Notes: generated by a model from the sequence alone, not told the origin. Shown: positions 26,103 through 35,824, numbered from the stretch's first letter. The stretch is DNA of 64,000 nucleotides from Acidimicrobiia bacterium (GCA_025928935.1 JAICNB010000002.1:7496-71495); one strand, 5' to 3'. Program-made: numbers and translations.

Positions 26103-27898
26103 GTCTGGGCCTCCTCGCCGGGACGGATGGGTACGACCGGTAAGAGCAGGTGAGAGCGATGTTCGGGCCCGACGTGGACGGTCACCGTTCCGTCGAAGAC
26201 CCCCGCGGGCCGGTCGTCGGGATCGGCATGTGTCATCCCTCCCGTGCCCCTGGTCGCGTAATAGAAGCTCTGGCCGTATGCGTCGAGCGGCCCGCGGTAT
26301 TCGTAGTCCCTCCCCCTCACCCAGAGGGCGAGCCGGAATCCCTCGGGGATCACGACGCAGGTGGGAACGATCTCGATGTCGAGCTCGTAGATCTCACCCG
26401 GATCCAGGGGCTCAACTCGATCGTGCGGGTGGAAAGGCTGCCACGGCTTCGACCGCCCCGCGTCGATGGCGCGGTGGCTGGCGCGAAGCCAGCCGTTGGC
26501 GATCGGGGTGTTGGGGTCGGTCGAGCCCTCGAAGGTCACCTCCACCCCATCGGGGTCGAACAGCTGGACGATGAGGAAGAGATCGGCGTCGGTGGTGGTG
26601 GATGAGACAAAGAGCTTGGCGGCCAGCGGGCCGGTGATCTCCGTCTCTGTCGTGAACGGGGCGGTGGTGAAGCGAAGTCCCTCGCCCAAGGCCTCGTATT
26701 CGAGTGCGCTCTCGGCGCCGGCCGGTGAGCTACTCATGGTGAGATCCGGGTGCAGGTGGTGCTCGGTCCAGATCGTCCGCGCCAACGGCCACTCGTCCTC
26801 ACCCCGCCAGGTGAAGCGCTCCCCCGGGTGCCGCACGTTCAGCTGAACTCTCGGAGTCCGGTCGAACCCGTTGTCCTCACCTTTGAGGAAATGATCGAAG
26901 AACCGTTTCTGCAGATCTCGGCCGTAGGACGAGTAGAAGTGGGTCCAGTGGGTGTCGCCATGCGCCTCCAGCCACTTCTGCTCCGAGCTCGCCTGGACGA
27001 ATGCGTTGAAGTTGCCCCTGGGGTGGATCCCCTGCCCGCCCCAGTTGGCCGCGGACAGGAAGGGGACCTGGATCTTGGAGAGGTCGACGGCGCGGGCCTT
27101 GTGCCAGTCATCGAACAAGGGATGGCCCTTGATCTCAGGGAAGGATTCCTTGCGGTTGGCCTCCAGCGCCTCCTCGGTGAGTGTGATCGGCCCGGCCACT
27201 GACTGCCCGGTATTGGGGTTGACCGGGGCCCGATCGCCCTGGCCGTACTGAATCGGGTTGATCTGGCGCTCCTGCCAACGCTTGGTGAACTCGCTGAGTA
27301 TCCCGCCGTGGTAGTAGGCATCGCGATACGAGTCCGTGAAGCCCTCCCACGCGATAAGGGCCGTCAGGTGCTCGGGTTGGCGCTCGGCGGCGGCCCAGCC
27401 CATCACCGCGTAGTAGGAGATGCCGAGGATCCCCACCCGCCCACTGCTCCAGGGTTGGGTCCCCGCCCACTCGACCGAGCCGGCGATGTCGTCGAACTCC
27501 TGGGGGTTGCGGGGCCAGAGCACGCCGGGCGACCAACCTGCACCTCGGGAGTCGACGCGGGCCAGTGCATATCCGTGGGGGACCCAGCGCTCCGGGTCGG
27601 TGACCTCCCATGCCTGGTACTTGTTGGTCGAGCCCTCCAGGACGGTGGGGTCCTTGTCCACCAGCTTGTCCCATTGCATCTGGTAGATGGGACCGTTGAA
27701 GGGAAGACCCTTGGCGTAGACGCCGTGAGTGAGGATGACCGGGTACCGGCCATCGGCGATGGGCCGGAACACATCCGCCCGCAGCACCGCCCCATCGGCC
27801 ATCTCGACCGGGACCTGGTAGTCGATCCGCATCCCGTCCGTCTCGTGGGTGAAGGTGAGGTCGTCACCGATGCGGTCGGTGCCCGGGGGTGCGGTCAT
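26099..27898 (-). CDS. CocE/NonD family hydrolase (S15 X-Pro dipeptidyl-peptidase fold)
   Basis: MADGAVLRADVFRPIADGRYPVILTHGVY...VDSRGAGWSPG...GISYY, and a C-terminal beta-sandwich domain; 599 aa. Confidence 0.85.
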   Translation of the reverse strand: MTAPPGTDRIGDDLTFTHETDGMRIDYQVPVEMADGAVLRADVFRPIADGRYPVILTHGVYAKGLPFNGPIYQMQWDKLVDKDPTVLEGSTNKYQAWEVTDPERWVPHGYALARVDSRGAGWSPGVLWPRNPQEFDDIAGSVEWAGTQPWSSGRVGILGISYYAVMGWAAAERQPEHLTALIAWEGFTDSYRDAYYHGGILSEFTKRWQERQINPIQYGQGDRAPVNPNTGQSVAGPITLTEEALEANRKESFPEIKGHPLFDDWHKARAVDLSKIQVPFLSAANWGGQGIHPRGNFNAFVQASSEQKWLEAHGDTHWTHFYSSYGRDLQKRFFDHFLKGEDNGFDRTPRVQLNVRHPGERFTWRGEDEWPLARTIWTEHHLHPDLTMSSSPAGAESALEYEALGEGLRFTTAPFTTETEITGPLAAKLFVSSTTTDADLFLIVQLFDPDGVEVTFEGSTDPNTPIANGWLRASHRAIDAGRSKPWQPFHPHDRVEPLDPGEIYELDIEIVPTCVVIPEGFRLALWVRGRDYEYRGPLDAYGQSFYYATRGTGGMTHADPDDRPAGVFDGTVTVHVGPEHRSHLLLPVVPIRPGEEAQT

Positions 27899-28145
27899 CG
27901 TGCAGCGAGTCTAGGGCAGCAATCGTTTGCGGGAAAACGGCCTTACCCGGGACGACCCCTCGCCCGGGCACGGGTTACTCAGGTGGCTTCTGCCGGGGGC
28001 GCCACCGGTGCGTTGGTCATCTGGCAGGGACAACGGGGGACGGTGCACAGCGATTGGCGGTGCTCCTTGAGGGGATGGCCGCACCCGGTGCACCGGTCCG
28101 CCCTTTTCTTCGCCCCGTCGCGTCTCGGCTTGGGGACGGCTTGGA

Positions 28146-28400
28146 TCAACGGGAGCGCTCTTTGGCGAGGTTCACGGTCAGCTGACGACCGCCGAGGTCT
28201 TTCCCATCGAGAGCCGATATCGCCTTCTGTGCGGCTTCTGGCGAGTCCATCTCGACGAAGCCGAACCCACGGGAGCGACCGGTGTCCCGATCTGTGATGA
28301 CCTGGGCCTTGGTCACGGTGCCGTGCTCGGCGAAGAGACCTTCGAGACTCCTGGAGTCGGTGTCGAAGGTGAGATTCCCGACATAGATGTTGGTGGACAT
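28146..28400 (-). CDS. RRM-type RNA-binding protein (Rbp-like)
   Basis: RNP2 is IYVGNL and RNP1 is RGFGFVEM. It is 84 aa, with AAAGGAG about 7 nt upstream of the ATG. Confidence 0.9.
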   Translation of the reverse strand: MSTNIYVGNLTFDTDSRSLEGLFAEHGTVTKAQVITDRDTGRSRGFGFVEMDSPEAAQKAISALDGKDLGGRQLTVNLAKERSR

Positions 28401-28711
28401 TGCATGCTCCTTTGAGCTCGTGCCGTCGTATTACTCACGCCCCGACTGGCAGACATCCGGGATCCGGTCGCGTGTGGCGGGGAGTCTCGGCGTGTGCCCT
28501 ACGGTGACTTCACCCGACGGAACGAAGTAGCGAAGAAGGCGCAGCACGCATCAGGCGTGCGCTGTAATGTCCATGATAGCGGGTCGAGGCCCCTTTGCGG
28601 AGAGACGGAAGACCTCGCACAAGCCCCGATGAGGGTTAGGGTCGTCATGAAGCACCGCCACGAAGGGCCCCGTCATGCTCCAACGCGCTCAGCCACAGGA
28701 TTTGGCCTGAC

Positions 28712-28975
28712 ATGGCCAAACGAGGGCGTGAGGCCATGGCCAAGCGGTCGCGAGAGCTTGCCCGGCAGCAGAAAAGGGAGGACAAGCAGGAGCGCCAGGA
28801 GGCTCGCAGCGAGGCGGTGACCAAACTGGCCCCTGACGACGAAACCGTCCTCCTCGAGGAGTTCGCCGATCTCAACGATCGATACGCGGCCGACCTGGTC
28901 AGCGAGGCCGATTTCACCGAGGAAAGACATCGGATCTTGGTGGCCCTCGGGATCGAGACCGACGAAGAGGGCTGA
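28712..28975 (+). CDS. Small highly charged protein with SHOCT-like C-terminal motif
   Basis: 87 aa: a basic Lys/Arg/Glu-rich N-half (AKRSRELARQQKREDKQERQEARSE) and an acidic C-half LLEEFADLNDRYAADLVSEADFTEERHRIL. Codon usage is consistent with neighbouring genes. Confidence 0.5.
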   Translation: MAKRGREAMAKRSRELARQQKREDKQERQEARSEAVTKLAPDDETVLLEEFADLNDRYAADLVSEADFTEERHRILVALGIETDEEG

Positions 28976-28984
28976 GAAGCCTCC

Positions 28985-29905
28985 CTACTTCACCGCCCCG
29001 GTGAGCAAACCGGACACGTAGTAACGCTGGAGCAGAAGATAGACGACGACGCAGGGGATGATGGCGACCGTCACCCCCGCCTGCAGCATCCCCCAGTCGG
29101 TGCTGCCCAGACTGGTGACACTGCGAGCGGCGGCAAGGACCAGAGGCAGAGTGAGGGTGGTGTCCCTCGTCAGCATGACCAGGGCACCCAGGAACTCATT
29201 CCATGAGGTGACGAAGGCGAAGAGCGTCACCGTGATGAACGCCGGGACCATCGTTGGCATGAATACGCGGCGCAGCACCTGCCACGAGTTGGCCCCATCC
29301 ACCAGTGCCGCCTCCTCCAGCTCGCGAGGGACCGCCTCGAAGGCGTTGCGCATGATGTAGAGGCTGAACGGGAGCTGGATGGTGGTGTGGACGATGGCCA
29401 GGCCCAGCAGGTTGTTGGTCAGGCCGAGAGTCGAGAACATCAGGAACACGGGGGTCAGGAGCGACTGGTAGGGGATGATCAAGGCCAAGAGCAAGAAGAC
29501 GAAGATCACCTCCTTGCCCGGGATGGGGAACCTCGCCAGGCCGTAACCGGCGGGAATGGTGAGGGCCAGGGTCATGACGATGGTGAGGGCGGCGGTGATG
29601 ATGCTGTTGCCCAGGTAGCGAGGCAGACCGCTCCCGTAGTCCCAGAGCTTCTGATAGTTGTCCATGCTCAGTTCGCTCGGGAAGTAGGTCGGCGGCACCG
29701 CGGCCGCGTCTTCGGTGGTCTTCAACGAGGCCGAGATCGAGAGCACGATCGGGGTCACCATCATCAGACAGATGACGATGGACAATGCACCAAGGAGGTA
29801 CTTGGTGCGGCCGGACCAGAAGCGGCCCGGCTCACGGGCGCCGATCGGGGGCTCGAGCTCCGGATCGAGGATGCCGCTCTGCATCGGATCGGAGACTGCG
29901 GTCAT
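28985..29905 (-). CDS. Carbohydrate ABC transporter permease (MalG/AraQ-like)
   Basis: EAA loop EAALVDGANSWQVLRRVFMP. ATG at 29905 overlaps the upstream stop as ATGA. The longer ORF-track N-terminus is out-of-frame overlap. Confidence 0.9.
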   Translation of the reverse strand: MTAVSDPMQSGILDPELEPPIGAREPGRFWSGRTKYLLGALSIVICLMMVTPIVLSISASLKTTEDAAAVPPTYFPSELSMDNYQKLWDYGSGLPRYLGNSIITAALTIVMTLALTIPAGYGLARFPIPGKEVIFVFLLLALIIPYQSLLTPVFLMFSTLGLTNNLLGLAIVHTTIQLPFSLYIMRNAFEAVPRELEEAALVDGANSWQVLRRVFMPTMVPAFITVTLFAFVTSWNEFLGALVMLTRDTTLTLPLVLAAARSVTSLGSTDWGMLQAGVTVAIIPCVVVYLLLQRYYVSGLLTGAVK

Positions 29906-30774
29906 CTCTCGCTCCGTCTGGTCAGGATCATCTGGACGACGGTGAACCCGAGGATGATCAGGGCCAGGATCATGGACAGGGCCGCGCCGTAGCCGAGCTT
30001 GAGGTAGGGGAATGAGTTGAGGTACACGTAGAAGGTCGAGGTGGCGGTCAGGTTGCGGGGTTGGCCCGCAGTCATGATGTAGAACTGGTCGAAGGCGAGC
30101 AGCGACCCGATCACGCTGACCAGAGTCACGAGGAGGATCGTTCTCCGGGTCAGGGGCAGGATCACCTTGCGCACCCTCTGCCAGAACCCGGCCCCGTCCA
30201 CCATGGTCGCCTCGGTGATCTCTTGCGGGATGGCCTGGATGGCGGCGACGAACAGGATCATGCCGAAGCCGAGGACCTTCCATGTGATCGAGAGGATCAC
30301 CGCCCAGTTGGACAGGTTGGCATCCACACCGAGCCACAGGACCGGCGAGTCGATGATCCCCAGATCCATCAGGAACTTGTTGACCAGCCCGTAGTTGGGG
30401 CTGAACAGCCAGTACCAGAGCAGGGAGGAAGCACCCAATCCGATGACCACAGGTGTGAAGACGACGGTGCGGGTGAGCCGGCTCAGCCCGCTGTTCGGCG
30501 TGACCAGCAACGAGACCAGATATCCACCGATCATGAGGATCGGGGTGATGTACAACGTGTATTTCAGCGTGAAGCTGAGTGACACCCAGAACTGTGAGTC
30601 GGCAAAGGCGTCGAGATAGTTCTGGAACCCCACGAAATCGGGTGGGGTGATCAGGGACCAGTCGTTGAGTGAGATCCAGACCATCTGGAGGAATGGCCAG
30701 GCGGTGAAAGCGATCACGAAGGCGAGGGCCGGCAACACATACCAGATCCCTGTCAACCTGCTCCGATTGGTCAT
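29902..30774 (-). CDS. Carbohydrate ABC transporter permease (MalF/AraP-like)
   Basis: 290 aa, EAA loop EATMVDGAGFWQRVRKVILP, 6 TM segments. Confidence 0.9.
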   Translation of the reverse strand: MTNRSRLTGIWYVLPALAFVIAFTAWPFLQMVWISLNDWSLITPPDFVGFQNYLDAFADSQFWVSLSFTLKYTLYITPILMIGGYLVSLLVTPNSGLSRLTRTVVFTPVVIGLGASSLLWYWLFSPNYGLVNKFLMDLGIIDSPVLWLGVDANLSNWAVILSITWKVLGFGMILFVAAIQAIPQEITEATMVDGAGFWQRVRKVILPLTRRTILLVTLVSVIGSLLAFDQFYIMTAGQPRNLTATSTFYVYLNSFPYLKLGYGAALSMILALIILGFTVVQMILTRRSER

Positions 30775-30875
30775 GTGACTACCCGCTGTCCGGTCATGAC
30801 ACGGCCGCCTTCGATGCTATGTGATGCCGATCGGCCCCAACGGCCCCATTCGCTGGTGTGACTGCGATGAAGCGA

Positions 30876-30911
30876 GGGCCGCAGCACCCCGGAGGTCAGG
30901 CGCTGCGGCCC
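30876..30911 (-). promoter_or_regulatory. Intercistronic 10-bp GC stem-loop between the binding-protein and permease genes
   Basis: GGGCCGCAGC (30876-30885) pairs with GCTGCGGCCC (30902-30911), with a 16-nt loop. It lies about 29 nt downstream of the binding-protein stop and has no U-tract. Confidence 0.45.
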
Positions 30912-30939
30912 TTCAGGCTTCAGCCGGAGATCCGACGCA

Positions 30940-32406
30940 TCATTCGTTGATGATCGCCTCCATCTCCGCCTTGGCGTCGGCGATGACGGTGTTGATGTCG
31001 TCGTCGCTGTAGTAAACCCGCTGCAGCATCTGCAGCCACGGCCCCTGGGGTGAGTTGACCAGCTCGAAGAACTTCAACGTGAACGGGGTCTGACCGATCT
31101 CGATGGCAGCCGCCACGTCCTGGAGGAGCGGAACCTCCGCGTAATAGGGATTGTCGGTCAGCTCCGGATCGGTTCGGGTCGTCATGTTGAGCAGCTTGGC
31201 GTAGACCTCGACCTGCACCTCATCGGAGAGGATGAAGTTCATGAAGTCGACCGCGTCATCGAGACGCTCGCTGCCCTGCGGGACCACCACGATGTCGCCC
31301 CCCAGGAAGGAGGCAACGTCACCGGTGTTGAGTCCCGGGATCAGAGTTACCCCGTAGTTCATGTCGGGATTCTGACCCTCGATGCCCTCGGCTCCGGAAA
31401 CCAAGGTGATGTTGAAGTTGCCGGTTCCCATGATCCCGACATTGCCCGAGCCGAAGACTTGGGCGAAGGTGGCGCCGTCCTCGGACTGGGCGGCCGGATC
31501 GATCAGGCCTTCCTGATGCATCATCCGGGCCCACTCCAGGACTGGTGCGATCACCTCGGGCGTGACCATGGCTTCGTCGCCCGGTGCGGCCGGCTCGATC
31601 TTGCCACCATTGGCCCAGATCATCGGGGCGAAGGTGAAGATGTTGCAGCCGGCGCAGTTGCCGGGGAGGTAATAGCCGTACACGCCGTCTTCGATGCCGG
31701 TGATGGCCGCGGCCATGTCGTGGAGCTCGGTCAGGTTGGTCGGTGGCGTCTCCGGGTCGAGCCCGGCCGCCTCGAACAGGTCTTTGTTCCAGAACAGGGC
31801 GGAGACGTCGGCATAGAGCGGGACGCCGTAGAGGCTGTCCTCCCATGTGGCGGTGGCCACGTGGCCAGGGCTGGCGGTGGCCATGAGGTCCTGATCGACG
31901 AGGTCGGTGACCTCGAGCAGTTGGCCGGCACTGGTGAACTGTGGTCCGTATATCAGGTCCATGCCCATCAGATCAGGCACGTCACCTGTGGCCAGGCCGC
32001 GGGCCAGCCGATCGACCATGGCGGTGTGCTCGATGTACTCGAGGCTTATCGGGCGGTCGGGGTTGCGCCCGTTCCAGGCGCAGACCAGGGCATCCACCAT
32101 CTGGGCGTTCCCTCCGGTCCGCTCCCACATGGTCAGCGAGCCCTCGGTATCCGGAGACACCGGATCGCAGGTCACCGCCAACGCCTCGCCGGCCACACTC
32201 GTCGTCGTCTCTTCTGCTGCCGCGGTAGTGGTCGGCTCCTCCTCGGCAGCAGCCGTCGTGGTCGGCTCCTCCTCGGCGGCCGCGCTGGTCGTGGTGTCCC
32301 CTGCGCCACTATCGGCACAGGCTCCGGCCACCATGGCCCATGCGAGGATCAGGATCATCATCACCGACGGCTGGAGCCGACGGACACCATGCTTTCTTCC
32401 CGTCAC
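30940..32406 (-). CDS. Sugar ABC transporter substrate-binding lipoprotein (family 1 SBP)
   Basis: GTG at 32406 lies 6 nt after AAGGAGGAG. The signal/lipobox is MMILILAWAMVAGAC. An Ala/Glu/Pro/Thr linker is followed by an SBP_bac_1-like body. Confidence 0.85.
   Translation of the reverse strand: MTGRKHGVRRLQPSVMMILILAWAMVAGACADSGAGDTTTSAAAEEEPTTTAAAEEEPTTTAAAEETTTSVAGEALAVTCDPVSPDTEGSLTMWERTGGNAQMVDALVCAWNGRNPDRPISLEYIEHTAMVDRLARGLATGDVPDLMGMDLIYGPQFTSAGQLLEVTDLVDQDLMATASPGHVATATWEDSLYGVPLYADVSALFWNKDLFEAAGLDPETPPTNLTELHDMAAAITGIEDGVYGYYLPGNCAGCNIFTFAPMIWANGGKIEPAAPGDEAMVTPEVIAPVLEWARMMHQEGLIDPAAQSEDGATFAQVFGSGNVGIMGTGNFNITLVSGAEGIEGQNPDMNYGVTLIPGLNTGDVASFLGGDIVVVPQGSERLDDAVDFMNFILSDEVQVEVYAKLLNMTTRTDPELTDNPYYAEVPLLQDVAAAIEIGQTPFTLKFFELVNSPQGPWLQMLQRVYYSDDDINTVIADAKAEMEAIINE
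32201..32290 (-). repeat. 30-nt tandem repeat (~3 copies) encoding AAAEEEPTTT linker units of the binding protein
   Basis: gtcggctcctcctcggc begins consecutive units at 32231 and 32261. The unit at 32201-32230 is degenerate. Confidence 0.8.
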
Positions 32407-32557
32407 CAGTCTCTCCTCCTTGCTGGTGTGCCCCATCTGCGGTCATCCCGTATGACGCGCAAATACCTGCGAGACACGGACCTTCCTGTCTGCAATCCTA
32501 TGCATACAAGGGATTGCTGTCAAACGTAGTCAAGGCCGAGGAACGATTGGTCGCAAC

Positions 32558-32608
32558 CGAAATTGGGATCAGACGTGACGCAATGCGCAACTCACGATCC
32601 CAATTTCG
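32558..32608 (-). promoter_or_regulatory. Perfect 13-bp inverted repeat (CGAAATTGGGATC / GATCCCAATTTCG, 25-nt spacer) directly after the araA stop
   Basis: The arms are at 32558-32570 and 32596-32608, in the 179-bp araA/binding-protein spacer. Candidate RNA stem-loop or protein-binding site. Confidence 0.5.
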
Positions 32609-32615
32609 AGAGGAC

Positions 32616-34121
32616 TCAGGGAGTGGCGATCAGATGGTGATAGGCCTGGTTCCAGCGCAACTCGCGCGAGAAGGCGGCAAAGCTCGTGCCGGGGCCGATA
32701 GCGGCCAGCTCCACCCCTGACATGTCGGCGAAATCGGCGATGACCTCGAGATCGACGTCGAGACTGAGACAGGTGTGATGAGAGCCGCCGGCGAGCAGCC
32801 ATGATGCCGCCGCCGTCTCGAAGTCGGGTAGTGACTTCCACACCGCACGGGCAACGGGGAGGTTGGGCAGGGGCTCGTCGGGCTCGACGAGCTCGACCTG
32901 GTTGGCCACCAGTCGAAACCGATTGCCCAGGTCCATCAGCCCGGCAACCACGGCGGGGCCGGTGCGGGCGGTAAACACCAGGCGGACGGGATCGGGCTTG
33001 CCCCCGATCGAGAGGGGATGGATCTCACACGATGGCTTCCCTCCCGCGATCGAGGGGCAGACCTCCAGCATGTGGGCCCCCAGCACCTTGGGCCCGCCCT
33101 CGCCGAAGTGATAGGTGTAATCCTCCATGAAAGAGGCTCCGCCGCTCCGACCCGCTCCCATCACCTTCATCACCCGGACCAGGGCTGCGGTCTTCCAATC
33201 TCCTTCAGCGCCGAAGCCATAGCCATCAGCCATCAGCCGCTGCACCGCGATCCCGGGTAGCTGGGGGAGACCGGCCAGGTCCTCGAAGGTGTCGGTGAAT
33301 GCCCTGAACCCACCCGCTTCGAGGAAGGCGCGCAGACCCGCCTCGATGCGGGCCGCCTCGACCAGGGACTCGTGGCGTGCCCCACCTCGGGCCAGCTCGG
33401 GCGCCATCTCGTAGAGGTCGTGGTACTCGACGATCAGCTGATGTATCGCCCGATTGTCGACATCGGCCATCGCCTTCTCCAGGTCGGCGACACCGAACCC
33501 GTCGACTGCGACACCGAGACGTACCTGGGCCTCGAGCCGATCACCGTCGGTCACCGCAACCCGGCGCATGTTGCTCCCGAAACGCGCCAGCTTCAGATTT
33601 CGCGACTCGTGACGACCACAGGCGGCGCGAGCCCAGGCGCCGACCCTGGCCGCGACGGACGGGTCCTGCCAATGACCGACCACGATCTTCCTCGGGACCC
33701 TCAGCCGGGACAGGACGAACCCGAACTCCCGGTCACCGTGGGCCGCCTGGTTCAGGTTCATGAAGTCCATATCGATCTCGGCCCAGGGGAGATCGCGGTT
33801 GAACTGGGTGTGGAGATGGAGCAGTGGCTTGTCGAGGGCCGTGAGACCCGAGATCCACATCTTGGCCGGGGAGAAGGTGTGCATCCACGCGATGACGCCG
33901 ACGCACTTGCCGTCGGAGCTCGCCTGCCGGCAGACGTCTTCGATCGCTTCGGGGCTGCTCGCCACCGGCTTGGCCACGAGGCGGACCGGGACATCCTCGG
34001 CCGCGTCGAGGCCAGCGGCGATCGCGGCGGAGTTGTCGGCCACCTGCCGGAGGACATCCTCCCCGTACAGGCCCTGGCTCCCGGTGAGGAACCAGACCTC
34101 GAAGCTGTCGAGGGCTTTCAT
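32616..34121 (-). CDS. araA: L-arabinose isomerase
   Basis: [21 protein letters not shown]..., 501 aa, typical AraA throughout. Confidence 0.95.
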   Translation of the reverse strand: MKALDSFEVWFLTGSQGLYGEDVLRQVADNSAAIAAGLDAAEDVPVRLVAKPVASSPEAIEDVCRQASSDGKCVGVIAWMHTFSPAKMWISGLTALDKPLLHLHTQFNRDLPWAEIDMDFMNLNQAAHGDREFGFVLSRLRVPRKIVVGHWQDPSVAARVGAWARAACGRHESRNLKLARFGSNMRRVAVTDGDRLEAQVRLGVAVDGFGVADLEKAMADVDNRAIHQLIVEYHDLYEMAPELARGGARHESLVEAARIEAGLRAFLEAGGFRAFTDTFEDLAGLPQLPGIAVQRLMADGYGFGAEGDWKTAALVRVMKVMGAGRSGGASFMEDYTYHFGEGGPKVLGAHMLEVCPSIAGGKPSCEIHPLSIGGKPDPVRLVFTARTGPAVVAGLMDLGNRFRLVANQVELVEPDEPLPNLPVARAVWKSLPDFETAAASWLLAGGSHHTCLSLDVDLEVIADFADMSGVELAAIGPGTSFAAFSRELRWNQAYHHLIATP

Positions 34122-35824
34122 GCCGGCACCGCCCGCGTCTCCCGTGTCGCAGTCTCGCGGGTCCTCGCCTGCACCGACCGCAGCCTCCTCATCGTCGAGG
34201 ATGGCTCGGCCATGGTGTCGTGCAGCTCCCTGTAGATCGAATACAGGTCGACATACGTGGCGCCCGACCCCTCCTCGGGCAGGTACTCGTCGTTGCCGAG
34301 ACGGGCCATTCGCTCAGACGCCTCGACGATCGAGTCGTATCCGCCCAGCTCGGGACCGGCAGCCACCGCAGCGAACATCGCAGATCCGAGAGCGGGGGTC
34401 TGCCGTGAGGCCGCCACCTTCACCGGGCGGCCGGTGATGTCGGCCGTGAGCTGCAACAAGAGCCTGTTCTGATAGGGCAGGCCACCGCAGACCACCATCT
34501 CCTCGACCGCGATGCCGGCGCCCTCCAGCGCCTCGATGATGACCCTGGTCCCGAACACGGTCGATTCGAGCAATGCCCGGTAGATCTCGGCGGGCCCGGT
34601 GGAGAGGGTGGCCCCGATCAGGAGGCCGGTGAGGTCGGCGTCGACCAGGATGGATCGGTTCCCGTTCCACCAGTCCAGGGCGACCAGACCCGACTCACCC
34701 GGTCTGAGCGATCCTGCCTGGCTCTCCAGGGACCGATGAAGCTCCTCGGTGGAACCGCCCGGTCCGGCGACGAGCCCGGTGAACCAGGCAAACATGTCAC
34801 CCACCGCGGCCTGGCCCGCCTCGTAGCCGAACAGGCCCGGGACCACCCCGTCCTCGACCACGCCACAGAAACCCGGGACCACCCGGTCGACATCGGACAG
34901 CGCCAGGTGACAAGTGCTGGTCCCCATCACCGCCACCAGCGACCCCGGGGTCACGACTGTGGCAGCCGGAACGGAGACATGGGCATCGACGTTGGCGACG
35001 GCCACTGCCGTCCCCTGCCTGAGCCCGGTCAGCGCGGCACCGTCAGCGTCGACGACCCCGGCCCGGCCACCGGGGCTGGAGATGTCGCGCGACATCTTCT
35101 CGTCGACCACTCCGGCGAAGGAAGGGGCCAGGGCCGCGAAGAACTCGTCCTCGGGAAAGCCCTCCTGCTTCGACCAGAGCGCCTTGTACCCGGCGGTGCA
35201 GCTGTTCCGGGTCTCGACCCCGGTGAGCTGCCAGACCACCCAATCTGCCGCCTCTATGAGCCGGTCGGCCCTGGCGTAGATCCCGGGTGCCTCGTCCAAT
35301 ATCTGCAAGGCCTTGGCGAAGAACCACTCGGAGGAGGTCCGGCGCCCATAGCGATCGAGCCATCCCTCCCCTCGCTTTTCGGCCGTCTCGTTGATCAGAT
35401 CCGCCTCTGGTTGTGCCGCATGGTGCTTCCAGAGCTTCACCCAGGAGTGGGGGTCGGCGCGCAACTCGGGGATGCGGCACAGCGGAGTCCCGTCGGCAGT
35501 GACCGGGAGCATGGTGCAGGCGGTGAAATCGATGCCGATCCCGATCACATCGGCCGGGTCCATACCGCTCTCGGCCAGGACTGCGCGGACAGTGGCCCCC
35601 AGCGACTCGAGGTAATCGTCGGGATCCTGCAGCGCCCAATCGGGAGGGAGGGCCACTCCCTCCCCGGGGATCATCTGATCGATGACCCCGGACGGATAGC
35701 GGTGAACTGCGGTTGCCAGCTCACCACCGGTGGCGACGTCGACCAGCACGGCCCGGGCGGACTCTGTCCCGAAGTCGACACCTACGACCGAGCGGCCCCC
35801 CGCGCTCATCGCTGTTCCCCTCAT
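34118..35824 (-). CDS. araB: Ribulokinase
   Basis: [21 protein letters not shown]-kinase N-terminus; 568 aa; ATGA overlaps with both araD and araA. Confidence 0.9.
   Translation of the reverse strand: MRGTAMSAGGRSVVGVDFGTESARAVLVDVATGGELATAVHRYPSGVIDQMIPGEGVALPPDWALQDPDDYLESLGATVRAVLAESGMDPADVIGIGIDFTACTMLPVTADGTPLCRIPELRADPHSWVKLWKHHAAQPEADLINETAEKRGEGWLDRYGRRTSSEWFFAKALQILDEAPGIYARADRLIEAADWVVWQLTGVETRNSCTAGYKALWSKQEGFPEDEFFAALAPSFAGVVDEKMSRDISSPGGRAGVVDADGAALTGLRQGTAVAVANVDAHVSVPAATVVTPGSLVAVMGTSTCHLALSDVDRVVPGFCGVVEDGVVPGLFGYEAGQAAVGDMFAWFTGLVAGPGGSTEELHRSLESQAGSLRPGESGLVALDWWNGNRSILVDADLTGLLIGATLSTGPAEIYRALLESTVFGTRVIIEALEGAGIAVEEMVVCGGLPYQNRLLLQLTADITGRPVKVAASRQTPALGSAMFAAVAAGPELGGYDSIVEASERMARLGNDEYLPEEGSGATYVDLYSIYRELHDTMAEPSSTMRRLRSVQARTRETATRETRAVPA

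Noticed and set aside
27889-28185. 98-aa plus-strand ORF, and other short ORFs, in the spacer downstream of the RRM gene.
   Set aside because: It overlaps the ends of both flanking genes, has no RBS and no recognisable motif. The spacer is better explained as UTR or regulatory DNA.
32201-32290. CRISPR-like or other non-coding tandem repeat.
   Set aside because: There are only about 3 units with no spacers, and the repeat is entirely in frame within the binding-protein gene, encoding an AAAEEEPTTT linker. No cas genes are present.
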